Source of the DNA: Candidatus Geohabitans tengchongensis
GTDB taxonomy: Bacteria > Sysuimicrobiota > Sysuimicrobiia > Sysuimicrobiales > Humicultoraceae
NCBI GenBank assembly: GCA_031459625.1
Contig: JAVKIH010000006.1
Span: 1 to 64,000 of the forward strand
Length of the DNA stretch: 64,000 bases
Direction: 5' to 3'
Shown: positions 1 to 10,154 of the stretch, in pieces
Numbering within the stretch: position 1 is the stretch's first letter
Layout of the letters: every line of letters begins with the position of its first letter
Notes under the pieces: generated by a model
What the model saw: the letters and a program-made list of their open reading frames with translations, nothing else
What the model was told of the DNA's origin: nothing
Databases searched by the model: none
Made by a program: the position numbers and the translations under genes

Positions 1-171
1 GCGGACGGGCGCCTGGTCCTCCAGGGCGCGGCGGTCAGCCCGGACGGACGGCAGGTGGTGCGGGGGGACGCGTCGGGGGCGCCCCAGGACGCGGCGGCGA
101 TCGGGGTGCGGCTGGCTCGCCACCTGCTGGCGCAGGGCGCCGGTGCGCTCGCCGCGGAGGCGCGGACGTGA
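1..171 (+). CDS. hemC: Porphobilinogen deaminase, C-terminal fragment (5' end outside window)
   Basis: Frame 1 reads ...LQGAAVSPDGRQVVRGDASGAPQDAAAIGVRLARHLLAQGAGAL*, like the HemC C-terminus; directly precedes hemD. Confidence 0.8.
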   Translation, partial: ADGRLVLQGAAVSPDGRQVVRGDASGAPQDAAAIGVRLARHLLAQGAGALAAEART

Positions 172-232
172 GGCGCCGCGGCCCGGGCGCCGCACCCACC
201 CGACGGTGAGGGTTCCCGGCGGAGGCGCGCAC

Positions 233-979
233 GTGAGGCGTGTCCTGGTGACGCGGCCGGACGGGCGCGAGCTGTGCGCGAAGTTGCGCGCGCTGGGGTG
301 GGAGGCGGTCGCGATCCCGACGGTGGCGATCATGCCGGTGGAGCCGGGCGGGGATCTCGACCGGGTAGCGCGGCGGCTGGAGGCCTACGACTGGATCGTG
401 GTGACGAGCGCCCACGGCGCGCAGGCGCTGGCGGCCGCACTGGCGCGCACTGGTGCGCCGCGCCCCACCCGTCCGCGGTGGGCGGCGGTGGGTCCGGCGA
501 CGGCCAGGGCGCTGCAGGCGGCCGGCGTGCAGGTGGCCGTCGTCCCGGCGCGCTACCTGACCGCCGCCGTGGCGGAGGCCCTCGGCCCGGTCGACGGTCT
601 GACCGTGCTGTTGCCGCGCGCGGACGCCGCCTCCCCGGAGTTGCCGCGGCGGCTGCGAGCGCGCGGGGCGCAGGTCGAGGAGGTCGTCGCCTACCGCACG
701 GTGGAGGGACCGGAGCGCTCCCGTCTGCCGCTGCAGCGGGCGCTGACCGACGGGATTGACGCGGCGCTCTTTACCAGCCCCTCCACGGCGCGGGGGTTCT
801 GGCGCCTGGCCCCGGAGCCCCAGCGGGCGCTGGCGGGGGTGCTGGTCGCGGCCATCGGCCCGGTGACGGCAGGCGCCCTGCGCGCGCTCGGCCGTCCTCC
901 CGACGTCGTGGCCGCCGAACACACGGCGGACGGGCTGGTGGCGGCGCTCGCCGAGGCGGCGAGTCCACCGGTGCGATAG
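233..979 (+). CDS. hemD: Uroporphyrinogen-III synthase
   Basis: [37 protein letters not shown] motifs; GGAGG before GTG at 233. Confidence 0.9.
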   Translation: MRRVLVTRPDGRELCAKLRALGWEAVAIPTVAIMPVEPGGDLDRVARRLEAYDWIVVTSAHGAQALAAALARTGAPRPTRPRWAAVGPATARALQAAGVQVAVVPARYLTAAVAEALGPVDGLTVLLPRADAASPELPRRLRARGAQVEEVVAYRTVEGPERSRLPLQRALTDGIDAALFTSPSTARGFWRLAPEPQRALAGVLVAAIGPVTAGALRALGRPPDVVAAEHTADGLVAALAEAASPPVR

Positions 980-1043
980 GGAGGGCGAGTCCGCGGGTGC
1001 GGTCGGGAGGGCGGGTCCACCGGCGCGCGAGGGAGGGAGGAGG

Positions 1044-2033
1044 ATGCGACACCTGACCGAGACGATGAGCCTGACACGTCGGATGCGGCGGCTGCGGCGC
1101 ACCGGGGCGCTGCGGGCGCTGGTGCGGGAGACGCGCCTGAGCCCCGACCGCCTCGTCTACCCGCTCTTCGTGCGCTACGGCCAGGGGGTGCGCGAGCCCA
1201 TCCCGGCGATGCCGGGGCAGTGGCGCCTCTCGGTGGACCAGCTCGCCCGGGAGGCCGCGGAGCTGCGCGCGCTGGGGGTGCGCGCCGTGCTGCTCTTCGG
1301 GATCCCCGAGCACAAGGACGCGCTGGGCAGCGGCGCCTACGACGAGGCGGGGGTCGTGCAGCAGGCCTGCCGCGCGCTGCGGGACGCCGACCCCGACCTG
1401 GTGATCATGGCCGACGTCTGCCTGTGCGAGTACACGAGCCACGGCCACTGCGGCGTGGTGCGCGGCGACGTGGTGGACAACGACGCGACGCTGGAGGTGC
1501 TGGCCCGCACCGCCACCTCGCTGGCGGCGGCGGGCGCGGACGTCGTGGCGCCGAGCGCCATGATGGACGGCCAGGTGGGCGCGATCCGTCGTGCGCTGGA
1601 CGGGGCGGGCTTTCCTGATACGGCCATCATGGCCTACGCGGCCAAGTACGCTTCGGCCTTCTACGGGCCGTTCCGGGAGGCCGCCGGCTCGGCCCCGCAG
1701 TTCGGCGACCGGCGCGGCTACCAGATGGACCCTCCCAACGCCCGCGAGGCGCTGCGCGAGATTGCCCTGGACCTGGAGGAGGGCGCCGACATCGTCATGG
1801 TGAAGCCGGCGCTGCCCTACCTGGACGTCGTCCGCGCCGCCCGCGAGGCTGTCGCGGCACCGCTGGCCGCCTACCAGGTCAGCGGGGAGTACGCCATGCT
1901 GGTGGCCGCGGCCGAGCGCGGCTGGCTCGACCTGCGCAGCGCCGCCCTGGAGGCGCTCACCGGCATCGCCCGCGCGGGGGCGGACATCCTCATCACCTAC
2001 TTCGCCAAGGACGTGGCGCGGTGGCTGGCATGA
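1044..2033 (+). CDS. hemB: Porphobilinogen synthase (Zn-type ALA dehydratase)
   Basis: [41 protein letters not shown]. Confidence 0.97.
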   Translation: MRHLTETMSLTRRMRRLRRTGALRALVRETRLSPDRLVYPLFVRYGQGVREPIPAMPGQWRLSVDQLAREAAELRALGVRAVLLFGIPEHKDALGSGAYDEAGVVQQACRALRDADPDLVIMADVCLCEYTSHGHCGVVRGDVVDNDATLEVLARTATSLAAAGADVVAPSAMMDGQVGAIRRALDGAGFPDTAIMAYAAKYASAFYGPFREAAGSAPQFGDRRGYQMDPPNAREALREIALDLEEGADIVMVKPALPYLDVVRAAREAVAAPLAAYQVSGEYAMLVAAAERGWLDLRSAALEALTGIARAGADILITYFAKDVARWLA

Positions 2034-2770
2034 GCGGACGCGGGGAGGCCCCCGACACCGCCACGGCGGCCGACCGCACGGACGCGACGGAGCCCGGGCC
2101 CGCCCGGCGCGTCGTCCAGGTGCTGGCCCTACGCGTCGACCCGGCGTGGCGGCGCCTGCCCGAGGCGCAGCGGGACGAGGACCTGGCGCGCTTCCGGGAA
2201 GCGGCGGCCGCCGCGGCCGGGCGCGTCCTCACCCACACCTACTCCATGGTAGGGTTGCGCGCCGACTGCGACCTCCTCTTCTGGCGCCTGGCCGCCTCCC
2301 TGGAGGACCTGGAGGAGACGGCGGCGCTGCTCCTGCGCTCGGGCCTGGGCCGGTGGTGCCGGGTGGCCCACAGCCTGATCGGGCTGCTGCGCCCGTCCGT
2401 GTACGTGAAGCACCCCACCGTCCAGGAGCAGGCGCTCGTCGACGGGCGGCGCAGCCGCTACCTGGTCGTCTACCCCTTCGTGAAGTCCGCCGAGTGGTAC
2501 CTCACCCCCAGGGAGACGCGGCAGCGGATCATGGCCGAGCACATCCGGGTGGGCCACGCGTACCCCATGGTGCGCCAGCTCCTGGCCTACTCCTTCGGGG
2601 TGGACGACCAGGAGTTCATCGTCGCCTACGAGACCGACGACCTGGCGGCCTTCCAGGAGCTGGTCATGGCGCTGCGCGAGACGGAGAGCCGCCGCGCCAC
2701 GGTGCGCGACACCCCCATCCTCACCGGTGTCCACCGCCCGCTGGAGGACGCCCTGCGGTTGCTCGGGTAA
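2030..2770 (+). CDS. hemQ: Coproheme decarboxylase (chlorite dismutase family)
   Basis: [29 protein letters not shown]; position within heme operon; ATGA overlap with hemB. Confidence 0.85.
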   Translation: MSGRGEAPDTATAADRTDATEPGPARRVVQVLALRVDPAWRRLPEAQRDEDLARFREAAAAAAGRVLTHTYSMVGLRADCDLLFWRLAASLEDLEETAALLLRSGLGRWCRVAHSLIGLLRPSVYVKHPTVQEQALVDGRRSRYLVVYPFVKSAEWYLTPRETRQRIMAEHIRVGHAYPMVRQLLAYSFGVDDQEFIVAYETDDLAAFQELVMALRETESRRATVRDTPILTGVHRPLEDALRLLG

Positions 2771-2773
2771 CCC

Positions 2774-2932
2774 GTGGGCCGCGCCGACACGTCCCCCCGG
2801 CCCCTGCCCTGCGGCGAGCCGCCGCACTCCATCTTCGCCCGGGCGCGGGTCTGCGGCGGGTCGCGGGCCCGCGCCTATGCCCGCACCGGGGACGAGCTGG
2901 CCAGCGACCCCCTCTGCCCCTACCAGCCGTGA
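2774..2932 (+). pseudogene. 52-codon remnant carrying a radical SAM/SPASM C-terminal tail (NirJ/AhbD-like heme-synthesis family)
   Basis: Translates to ...VCGGSRARAYARTGDELASDPLCPYQP*; no CxxxCxxC core; stop overlaps the hemL start (GTGA). Confidence 0.7.
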
Positions 2933-4209
2933 CGGTGCCGGTGCAGGCGGATCTCCTGGGTCGGGCCGGGCGCCTCTTCCCCGGCGGCGTGAACAGCCCC
3001 GTGCGCGCCTTCCGGGCGGTGGGTGGCACGCCGCGCGTCATCGTGCGCGGCCGGGGCGCCCACGTCTGGGATGCGGACGGGGAGCGGCTGGTGGACTACG
3101 TCGCCTCGTGGGGCGCCGTCATCCTGGGGCACGCCGACCCGCAGGTCGTCGAGGTGGTGCAGCGCGCCGCCGCCGCGGGCACCAGCTTCGGCGCGCCCAC
3201 CCCGGGGGAGGTGGAGCTCGCCGAGCTGGTGCAGCGCTTCGTCCCCTCGATGGAACGGATGCGCTTCGTGAACAGCGGCACCGAGGCCGTGATGAGCGCG
3301 CTGCGCGTGGCCCGCGCCGCCACCGGCCGGCCGAAGGTGGTGAAGTTCGCCGGGTGCTACCACGGCCACGCCGACATGCTCCTGGTCCAGGCGGGGTCCG
3401 GCGTGGCCACCCTGGGGCTGCCCGGCAGTGCCGGCGTGCCGGCCGAGGCCACGCGCCACACGCTGGTCGCGCCGTACAACGACCCCGACGGGGTGGCAGC
3501 CCTCTTCCGGGAGTTCCCGGAGGAGATCGCCGCCGTCATCGTGGAGCCGGTGGCCGCGAACATGGGCCTGGTCCTGCCGCGGCCCGGCTTCCTCCAGGCG
3601 CTGCGCGACCTGACGGCCAGGTATGGCGCGCTGCTGGTCTTCGACGAGGTTATTACCGGGTTTCGCGTGGCCCCGGGCGGCGCGCAGGAGCGCTATGGCG
3701 TGCGCCCCGACCTGACCTGCCTGGGGAAGGTGGTCGGCGGCGGCCTGCCGGTGGGGGTCTACGGGGGGCGCGCCGACCTGATGGCGCAGGTAGCCCCGGA
3801 AGGACCCGTCTACCAGGCGGGGACGCTCGCGGGGAACCCGGTGGCCATGGCGGCCGGTGCAGCTGTCCTGCGGCGCCTGCAGGATCCCCAGGTGTACGCC
3901 GACCTAGAGGCGGCCACCGCGCGCCTGGCGGAGGGGCTGCGCGACGCGCTGGCGGGCGAGGCCTCCGTGGCCGCCACCTGCGGGATGCTCACCGTCTTCT
4001 TCCGCCCCGTGTCTCCCGAGGACTACGCCCAGGCCCAGGAGGGCGATGGGGCACGCTTCACCCGCTTCTTCCACGCCATGCTGCGGCGCGGGGTGCTGCT
4101 GCCCCCTTCGCCGTTCGAGGCGTGGTTCCTCACCACAGCCCACACCCCCGACGTCGTGGACGAGACCGTGGCCGCCGCGCGGGCGGCCGCGGCGGAGGTG
4201 GCAGCGTGA
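2929..4209 (+). CDS. hemL: Glutamate-1-semialdehyde 2,1-aminomutase
   Basis: PGGVNSPVRAF, FVNSGTEA, FDEVITGFR, GKVVGGGLP, YQAGTLAGNP. Confidence 0.97.
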   Translation: MTVPVQADLLGRAGRLFPGGVNSPVRAFRAVGGTPRVIVRGRGAHVWDADGERLVDYVASWGAVILGHADPQVVEVVQRAAAAGTSFGAPTPGEVELAELVQRFVPSMERMRFVNSGTEAVMSALRVARAATGRPKVVKFAGCYHGHADMLLVQAGSGVATLGLPGSAGVPAEATRHTLVAPYNDPDGVAALFREFPEEIAAVIVEPVAANMGLVLPRPGFLQALRDLTARYGALLVFDEVITGFRVAPGGAQERYGVRPDLTCLGKVVGGGLPVGVYGGRADLMAQVAPEGPVYQAGTLAGNPVAMAAGAAVLRRLQDPQVYADLEAATARLAEGLRDALAGEASVAATCGMLTVFFRPVSPEDYAQAQEGDGARFTRFFHAMLRRGVLLPPSPFEAWFLTTAHTPDVVDETVAAARAAAAEVAA

Positions 4210-5237
4210 CCGACCGCTTCCTGCGCGCCTGCCGCCGCGAGCCGGTGGACCGCACGCCGGTCTGGTTCATGCGGCAGGCCGGACGGGCGCTGCCCGAGTA
4301 CCGGGCCGTGCGCCAGCGCTACGGCCTGCTGGAGATCATGCGCCAGCCGGAGCTGTGTGCCGAGGTGACGCTGCAGCCGGTGCGGCGGCTGGGCGTGGAC
4401 GCCGCCATCCTCTTCGCGGACATCATGCTGCCGCTCGCCGGCATGGGCGTAGAGGTGGAGCTGCGGGACGGTGTGGGGCCGGTCGTCGCCCCGCCGCTGC
4501 GCACGCCTGCCGACGTGGACCGCCTGCGGCCGTTCGAGCCGGAGGAGGCGGTGGGGCCGCTGCTCCAGGCGGTGCGGCTGGTGCGTCAGGCCTCGCCGGT
4601 CCCCCTGATCGGATTCGCCGGCGCGCCCTTCACGCTGGCCGCCTACCTCATCGAAGGGGGACCCTCGCGCGACTTCCTGCGCGTGAAGGCGTTCATGCAC
4701 CGCGAGCCTGCGGCGTGGGCCCGCCTGATGGAGCGGCTCACCGACGCCACGGTGGCCTACCTCCGTGCGCAGGTGGCGGCGGGCGCGCAGGCCGTGCAGC
4801 TCTTCGACTCCTGGGCGGGCGCGCTCAGTCCCGCCGACTACCGGGACGCCGTGCTCCCGCACGTGCGCCGCCTCATCGCCGCGCTCCCCCCGGTGCCGCT
4901 GATCCACTTCGGGACGGGGACAGCCGGCCTGCTCGAGCTGGTGGCCGAGGCCGGGGGGGATGTGATCGGTGTGGACTGGCGCATCCCGCTCGACCTGGCC
5001 TGGGCCCGCATCGGCCCTCGGGGTATCCAGGGGAACCTCGACCCGGCGGCCGCGGCGGGCCCGCGTGAGGTGATGGAGCGCCACGCCCGGGCCATCCTGC
5101 AGGCGGCCGGGGGCCGCCCCGGGCACATCTTCAACCTGGGCCACGGCATCCTGCCCCACACGCCGGTGGAGAACCTGCAGCGCCTGGTGGACCTGGTGCA
5201 CGAGGTGGACCCGGTGCACGAGGCGGACCTGCCGTGA
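4206..5237 (+). CDS. hemE: Uroporphyrinogen decarboxylase
   Basis: PVWFMRQAGR, DAAILFADI, QLFDSW, HIFNLGHG. Confidence 0.97.
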   Translation: MTDRFLRACRREPVDRTPVWFMRQAGRALPEYRAVRQRYGLLEIMRQPELCAEVTLQPVRRLGVDAAILFADIMLPLAGMGVEVELRDGVGPVVAPPLRTPADVDRLRPFEPEEAVGPLLQAVRLVRQASPVPLIGFAGAPFTLAAYLIEGGPSRDFLRVKAFMHREPAAWARLMERLTDATVAYLRAQVAAGAQAVQLFDSWAGALSPADYRDAVLPHVRRLIAALPPVPLIHFGTGTAGLLELVAEAGGDVIGVDWRIPLDLAWARIGPRGIQGNLDPAAAAGPREVMERHARAILQAAGGRPGHIFNLGHGILPHTPVENLQRLVDLVHEVDPVHEADLP

Positions 5238-6139
5238 AGTCGGCCGTCCTGCTGATGGCCTACGGATCGCCCCGGAGCCTGGACGACGTCGAAGCGTACT
5301 ACACGCACATCCGTGGGGGGAGGCGGCCCTCCCCCGAGCTGCTGGCGGACCTGGTGGAGCGCTACCGGGCCATCGGCGGGCGCTCGCCGCTCCCGGAGAT
5401 CACGGCGCGGCAGGCCGCTGCCCTGGAGGAGGAGTTGCGGCGGCGCGGGCATCCGGTGCCGGTGCGGGTGGGGATGAAGCACAGCGCGCCGTTCATCGGT
5501 GAAGCGGTGCAGGCGCTGGCGGCGGAAGAGGTCACGCACCTGGTCGGGCTCGTGCTGGCGCCGCACTACTCGCGCATGAGCATCGGCCAGTACGTGGCGG
5601 CGGCCGAGGCGGCGCGGCCGGCGGGCGTGACCGCCGTCTACGTCGAGCAGTGGCACGACCACCCGGGCTACCTGCGCGTGGTGGCCGAGCGGGTGCGCGC
5701 GGGCCTGGCGGGCCTGCCGGAACCGGCGACCGTGGTCTTCACGGCGCACTCGCTGCCGGAGCGCATCCTCGCCTGGGACGACCCCTACCCGCGCCAGGTG
5801 GAGGAGAGCGCCCGCCTCGCCGCGGCGCTGGCCGGGGTGGAGCGCTGGACTGTCGCCTACCAGAGTGCCGGGCGCACGGCGGAGCCCTGGCTGGGCCCGG
5901 ACCTGCGCTCGACGCTCGCCGACCTCCGCCGCCGGGACGTCCGCGGGGTGCTGGTGGCGCCCATCGGCTTCGTCGCCGACCATCTGGAGGTGCTCTACGA
6001 CGTCGACCTGGAGGCGCAGTCGGAGGCGGAGCGCCTGGGGATGCGCCTGGCGCGCACGGCCATGCCCAACGACGCGCCGGACTTCATCGCGGTGCTGGCC
6101 GACCTGGTGACGCCGCGGCCGGAGGATCCTCGCCCGTGA
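5234..6139 (+). CDS. hemH: Ferrochelatase (coproporphyrin type by context)
   Basis: LMAYGSP, FTAHSLP, EPWLGPD, GFVADHLEVLYDVD. Confidence 0.95.
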   Translation: MKSAVLLMAYGSPRSLDDVEAYYTHIRGGRRPSPELLADLVERYRAIGGRSPLPEITARQAAALEEELRRRGHPVPVRVGMKHSAPFIGEAVQALAAEEVTHLVGLVLAPHYSRMSIGQYVAAAEAARPAGVTAVYVEQWHDHPGYLRVVAERVRAGLAGLPEPATVVFTAHSLPERILAWDDPYPRQVEESARLAAALAGVERWTVAYQSAGRTAEPWLGPDLRSTLADLRRRDVRGVLVAPIGFVADHLEVLYDVDLEAQSEAERLGMRLARTAMPNDAPDFIAVLADLVTPRPEDPRP

Positions 6140-7545
6140 GGGTGGCGGTCGTCGGCGGCGGCATGACGGGGCTCGCCGCCGCCCATGCGCTCGTGACGGC
6201 ATCCAGCTCGACAGGCCGGACGGCTGGCGAGGTCGTCCTCCTGGAGGCGGACGCGCGCCTGGGCGGCAAGGTCTTGACGGTGCGCCGGGACGGCTTCCTC
6301 CTGGAGGCCGGCCCCGACGCCTTCCTGACGACGAAGCCCCACGCGCTCCACCTCACGCGCGCGCTGGGGCTGGAGGCGGAACTCATCGGGCCCGGCGAGC
6401 CGCGCACCGTCGCTGTCTTCTGGCGCGGGCGCCTCCAGCCGCTCCCCGAGGGGCTGGCCCTGATCGCGCCGACGCGCGTGGGCCCGCTGCTGCGCAGCAC
6501 GCTCTTCGGACTCCTGGAGAAGGCCCGCATGGGGTGCGACCTGCTCCTGCCGGCCCGCCGCGACGACGGCGACGAGTCGCTCGCCGTCTTCGTCCGCCGG
6601 CGCCTGGGGCAGGCGGCGGTGGACCGCCTGGCCTCACCGCTGCTGGGCGGGATCTATGCCGGGGATGTCGAGCGCCTGAGCCTCCGCGCGACGTTCCCGC
6701 ACCTGGCCGAGGTGGAACGGCGCTACGGATCGCTGATCCGCGGGCTCGTTGCCTCCCGCCCGGCTCGCCCCGGAGCGTCGGCGGGCCCGGGGCTGCCCGT
6801 GTTCATGACGCTGCGCGCAGGGATGGGCCGCCTGGTGGAGCGGCTGGTCGAGGTGCTCGAGGCGGCCGGTGTCGCGGTGCGGGCGGGGACCGCGGTCGAG
6901 ACCATCGAGCGGCGCCCGGGCGGCTACATGCTCCACCTGGCAGATGGCGGCAGGGTGGACGCCGACGGGGTCATCCTGGCCTGTCCCGCCTATGCCGCGG
7001 CGAGGTTGCTGGCACGCCTCGCGCCTGAGGCCGCACGCCTTCTGGACCAGATCCGCTACGCCTCCACCGCCACGGTCAGCCTGGCGTTCCCCGCGATGAC
7101 GACGACGGGCGTGGTGCCGGGCGGGCACGGATTCGTGGTGGCCAGGGGTGAGGGGGTGCGCATCACCGCCTGCACCTGCCTCTCGGCGAAGTGGCCGGGC
7201 CGCGCCCCGCCGGGGACCCTCCTGCTGCGCGCCTACGTCGGCAGCGCCCTCGACCCCGATGTCCTGACGATGACCGACGACGAGATCGTGGCGGAGGTGC
7301 GGCGAGACCTGGCCCGCACCATGGGGCTGACCGCCGGTCCGCTCTTCAGCGTCGTCACGCGCTGGCCACAGGCCATGCCGCAGTACGAGGTCGGCCACCT
7401 CGAGCGCCTGGCCGAGGTGGACCGGCGCCTGGCCGCCGTCCCCGGTCTCACCCTCGCCGGGGCCGGGTACCGCGGCCTCGGTCTCCCGGACTGCATCCGG
7501 CAGGGCCAGGAAGCCGCGCACCGGCTCTTCGCGTCTCTGGGGTGA
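6136..7545 (+). CDS. hemY: Coproporphyrinogen/protoporphyrinogen oxidase (HemY family)
   Basis: VVGGGMTGLAAA FAD motif, EAGPDAF, GIYAGD, MPQYEVGH, GLPDCIRQG. Confidence 0.93.
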   Translation: MRVAVVGGGMTGLAAAHALVTASSSTGRTAGEVVLLEADARLGGKVLTVRRDGFLLEAGPDAFLTTKPHALHLTRALGLEAELIGPGEPRTVAVFWRGRLQPLPEGLALIAPTRVGPLLRSTLFGLLEKARMGCDLLLPARRDDGDESLAVFVRRRLGQAAVDRLASPLLGGIYAGDVERLSLRATFPHLAEVERRYGSLIRGLVASRPARPGASAGPGLPVFMTLRAGMGRLVERLVEVLEAAGVAVRAGTAVETIERRPGGYMLHLADGGRVDADGVILACPAYAAARLLARLAPEAARLLDQIRYASTATVSLAFPAMTTTGVVPGGHGFVVARGEGVRITACTCLSAKWPGRAPPGTLLLRAYVGSALDPDVLTMTDDEIVAEVRRDLARTMGLTAGPLFSVVTRWPQAMPQYEVGHLERLAEVDRRLAAVPGLTLAGAGYRGLGLPDCIRQGQEAAHRLFASLG

Positions 7546-7600
7546 GGTGACGTAGCCCTCCCGATGGGAGAATGGAGGGGGAGGAGTCTCCGCGGGGGGT

Positions 7601-8026
7601 GTGACGCCGATGGTAGGGGAAAGGCCACTGACCCAGGTGCCCGTGAACATCTACCAGGAAGGCGATCGCCTGATGGTGGCGGCGCTCCTGCCCGGGATGG
7701 AGCCGCCGAGCATTCGCGTCGAGGTCCAGGGCCGCTCGCTGACGATCTACGGGGAACGACGTGGGCCGGGTCAGGAGCGAACCCAGCAGCACCTGCTGCA
7801 GGAGTGGAGTGCGGGGCCCTATCGTCGCACGGTGGAGCTGCCCGTGGGGGTGGACGTCGAGAAGGCCAACGCCAGCTACGACAACGGTGTGCTCGTCGTG
7901 ATCCTGCCTCAGGCCTCAGGGAACAGCACGGGGCAGATCCTCCTCTCCAAAGTGGGCACGATCAAGGGACAGCACGTGGGGCACGTTGGCCATGACCTGC
8001 GAGCCCCGGGCGCTCGGCGGGGCTGA
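7601..8026 (+). CDS. Hsp20/alpha-crystallin small heat-shock protein (start may be 7610)
   Basis: PVNIY, LPGM, RTVELPVGVDVEKANASYDNGVL. Confidence 0.88.
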   Translation: MTPMVGERPLTQVPVNIYQEGDRLMVAALLPGMEPPSIRVEVQGRSLTIYGERRGPGQERTQQHLLQEWSAGPYRRTVELPVGVDVEKANASYDNGVLVVILPQASGNSTGQILLSKVGTIKGQHVGHVGHDLRAPGARRG

Positions 8027-8051
8027 GGCAGGTTTGCCACTGAGGAACCGT

Positions 8052-8110
8052 GTGCGGCGGAGCGGCGAGTCCGCTCCGCCGCACGGTGATCCGCTCTCCG
8101 CCGCACGGTG
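8052..8110. terminator. 14-bp hairpin between convergent genes, with a near-duplicate of its 3' arm
   Basis: GTGCGGCGGAGCGG-cgagt-CCGCTCCGCCGCAC, then CCGCTCTCCGCCGCACGGTG; no U-tract. Confidence 0.5.
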
Positions 8111-8174
8111 GCCCCTTCCCGACGCCCTGCCGTTCCCGGTGTCCTGTCCGGGGTAGCAGGCCTGCCCGCTGCGA

Positions 8175-8756
8175 TCAGGCCGTGGGTTGGGGCCGGAAGA
8201 TCCGGCCCGGCTTCCAGGGCGTCCCCAGCAGGGGCAGCAGGTAGTAGTCCAGGCCCAGGTAGCCGGCCACCTTCCAGGCCAGGATGAGCAGGATGGCGAT
8301 CACGAAGAGGACGGGGTTGGTGCTGGCCGACCCCGCCATCATGAAGTTCCAGTTCATGAAGGCCCCGAAGAAGGCGGCCACTCCCACGAAGGCGCCGAGG
8401 ACCAGCGCCACGCCGATCAGCAGCTCCCCGTAGGCCACGAGCTTCCCGAACCAGGTGTAGGCCTGGGTGTCCAGCAGGTACTGCAGGAAGTCCCGGTACC
8501 AGCCGAAGGCCACCGGGGGCCGGGCCGGCGGCGGTGGAACCTGGACGGCGCGCTCCCAGAACCCCTTGACCGCCAGGCCGGTCACCACCCACGCCGGGTC
8601 GGTGATCTTGTGCAGGGCGGCTTCGATCCACTGGTAGCCGAGCCAAACCCGGAGCACCAGCCACAGCCAGGCGGATTTCGTGTTCCCGAAGAGCCACCGG
8701 GCGAACGGCGGGTCTTCCATAATGGTCGTTCGACCACCGGAGACATTGCGGGCCAT
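8175..8756 (-). CDS. DoxX family membrane protein
   Basis: LRVWLGYQW, WYRDFL, GELLIG, NWNFMMAGSASTNP; AGGAGG RBS. Confidence 0.85.
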   Translation of the reverse strand: MARNVSGGRTTIMEDPPFARWLFGNTKSAWLWLVLRVWLGYQWIEAALHKITDPAWVVTGLAVKGFWERAVQVPPPPARPPVAFGWYRDFLQYLLDTQAYTWFGKLVAYGELLIGVALVLGAFVGVAAFFGAFMNWNFMMAGSASTNPVLFVIAILLILAWKVAGYLGLDYYLLPLLGTPWKPGRIFRPQPTA

Positions 8757-8776
8757 GTGCCTCACCTCCTGGCTCG

Positions 8777-8845
8777 ACCATAGCAGCTCCTGCCCACGCG
8801 GCCCATCGGGCCGCAGATCGATCCCGGAGTAGGGCGGCGCCCGAT
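8777..8845 (-). promoter_or_regulatory. doxX promoter: TGc-TATGGT -10 plus 18-bp boxes at 8805-8822 and 8828-8845
   Basis: Box ATCGGGCCGCAGATCGAT lies 22 nt from the -10-like hexamer; second box is weaker. Confidence 0.6.
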
Positions 8846-8936
8846 GACTCCTCAGGCGGGTCTCATCCAGGAAGATCCGCCGGCTGCCGTAGGGCCTGGT
8901 TCGCGCGGTCCCGGCCCAGGACGGGGGCAGGACCAC

Positions 8937-10154
8937 TCATGGCGCCAGAGCCACCTTGATCGCCCCGTCCCGCTTGCCGGCCGCGGTGGCCAGCGCCTCA
9001 CCGTACCGCGCGAGGGGGTAGACGTGGGTGAGGAGGGGGGCAAGGTCCACCCGCCGGGCGGCCAGCCACTCCAGGGCCACCGCCAGGGTCGGACGTCGGC
9101 CGAGCGGTTCCCCCTCCACCGCGTAGGTGAAGGCGCCGTCGACCCGGAGCTCGTTCAGCCAGATGGGGGTCCAGTCCACCCCGCGCGGCAGCGCCGCCAG
9201 GCCGACCAGCGTGACGTGGCCTCCCGGTCGGGTCAGGCGCAGGGCGTCGTCGAGACTGCGGGCGCTGCCGGCGCACTCCAGCGTGAGGGCGGCTCCGCCC
9301 CGCAGCACGGGCCGGCCGAAGAGCGGGCGGAGGACCCGCGCGCCGGTCACCTCAGCCACGGCGCCGTAGTACCTCCCCTTCCCGTCGGCGGCCACGACCT
9401 CGTCCGCCCCCAATCGTCTGGCCATGGCGGCCTGGAACCGGTGCTTCACCAGGGCCAGGACGCGAGCGCCCGGCGCCAGCGCGCGCAGTGCGGCCACGAC
9501 GCACAGACCCACGGTGCCGCCGCCCACCACCAGCACCCAGCCGTCCGCCGGGAGCGGCGCGCGCGCCACGGCGTGGACGGCGCAGGCCAGCGGTTCCGCC
9601 AGGAGCGCTTCCCGGTCGCTCACCCCGTCCGGCACCGGATGGGCTTGCGCGGCGTGCGCGACGAAAGCCTCCCCCCAGCTCCCGCCCGTATCCCGGCAGG
9701 CCCCGATCATCATCCCCGGCGCCAGGAGGCCGTCGGCGAAGCGCAGGCAGCGGTTGTAGGCGCCGGCCGCGCAGCTGGGGCACAGGGGCAGTCCCCGCAC
9801 CGCGCACGGCAGGAGCGGGTCCACCACCACCCGCTGCCCGGGGCGGAGGCCCTGCACCTCCGCCCCCACCTCCTCCACCGTCCCGACGTTCTCGTGCCCC
9901 GGGACGAAGGGAACAGAGGCGAGCGCCGACGTCGCCGGACTCATCGCCAGGCGGAGGAGGTGGAGGTCGCTGCCGCAGACGCCGCCCAGGTGCACGGCCA
10001 CGCGGACCCACGCTGCAGTCGGGAGGGGCGGACGGGGAATGGCGCGCAGGGCCAGCACCGGGGCGGTGGTCCAGCCCGTCACCCCGGCCAGGCGTGTGAG
10101 CGCCCGCCCGGCCAGGTAGCGCACCGGGGTGGGGGTGAAGACCAGGGCCCGCAT
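8937..10154 (-). CDS. Zinc-binding (MDR) alcohol dehydrogenase family protein
   Basis: GVCGSDLH, GHENVG, C-x7-CPSC-x7-C structural Zn site, GGGTVG. Confidence 0.9.
   Translation of the reverse strand: MRALVFTPTPVRYLAGRALTRLAGVTGWTTAPVLALRAIPRPPLPTAAWVRVAVHLGGVCGSDLHLLRLAMSPATSALASVPFVPGHENVGTVEEVGAEVQGLRPGQRVVVDPLLPCAVRGLPLCPSCAAGAYNRCLRFADGLLAPGMMIGACRDTGGSWGEAFVAHAAQAHPVPDGVSDREALLAEPLACAVHAVARAPLPADGWVLVVGGGTVGLCVVAALRALAPGARVLALVKHRFQAAMARRLGADEVVAADGKGRYYGAVAEVTGARVLRPLFGRPVLRGGAALTLECAGSARSLDDALRLTRPGGHVTLVGLAALPRGVDWTPIWLNELRVDGAFTYAVEGEPLGRRPTLAVALEWLAARRVDLAPLLTHVYPLARYGEALATAAGKRDGAIKVALAP

Noticed and set aside
2030..2770. Chlorite dismutase (chlorate respiration)
   Set aside because: Sits with hemE/hemH/hemY and has no export signal; coproheme decarboxylase fits better
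2146..7545. Long N-terminal extensions of the hemL, hemE and hemY ORFs
   Set aside because: Stop-free shadow frames in high-GC DNA; true starts are GTGA overlaps at 2929, 4206 and 6136
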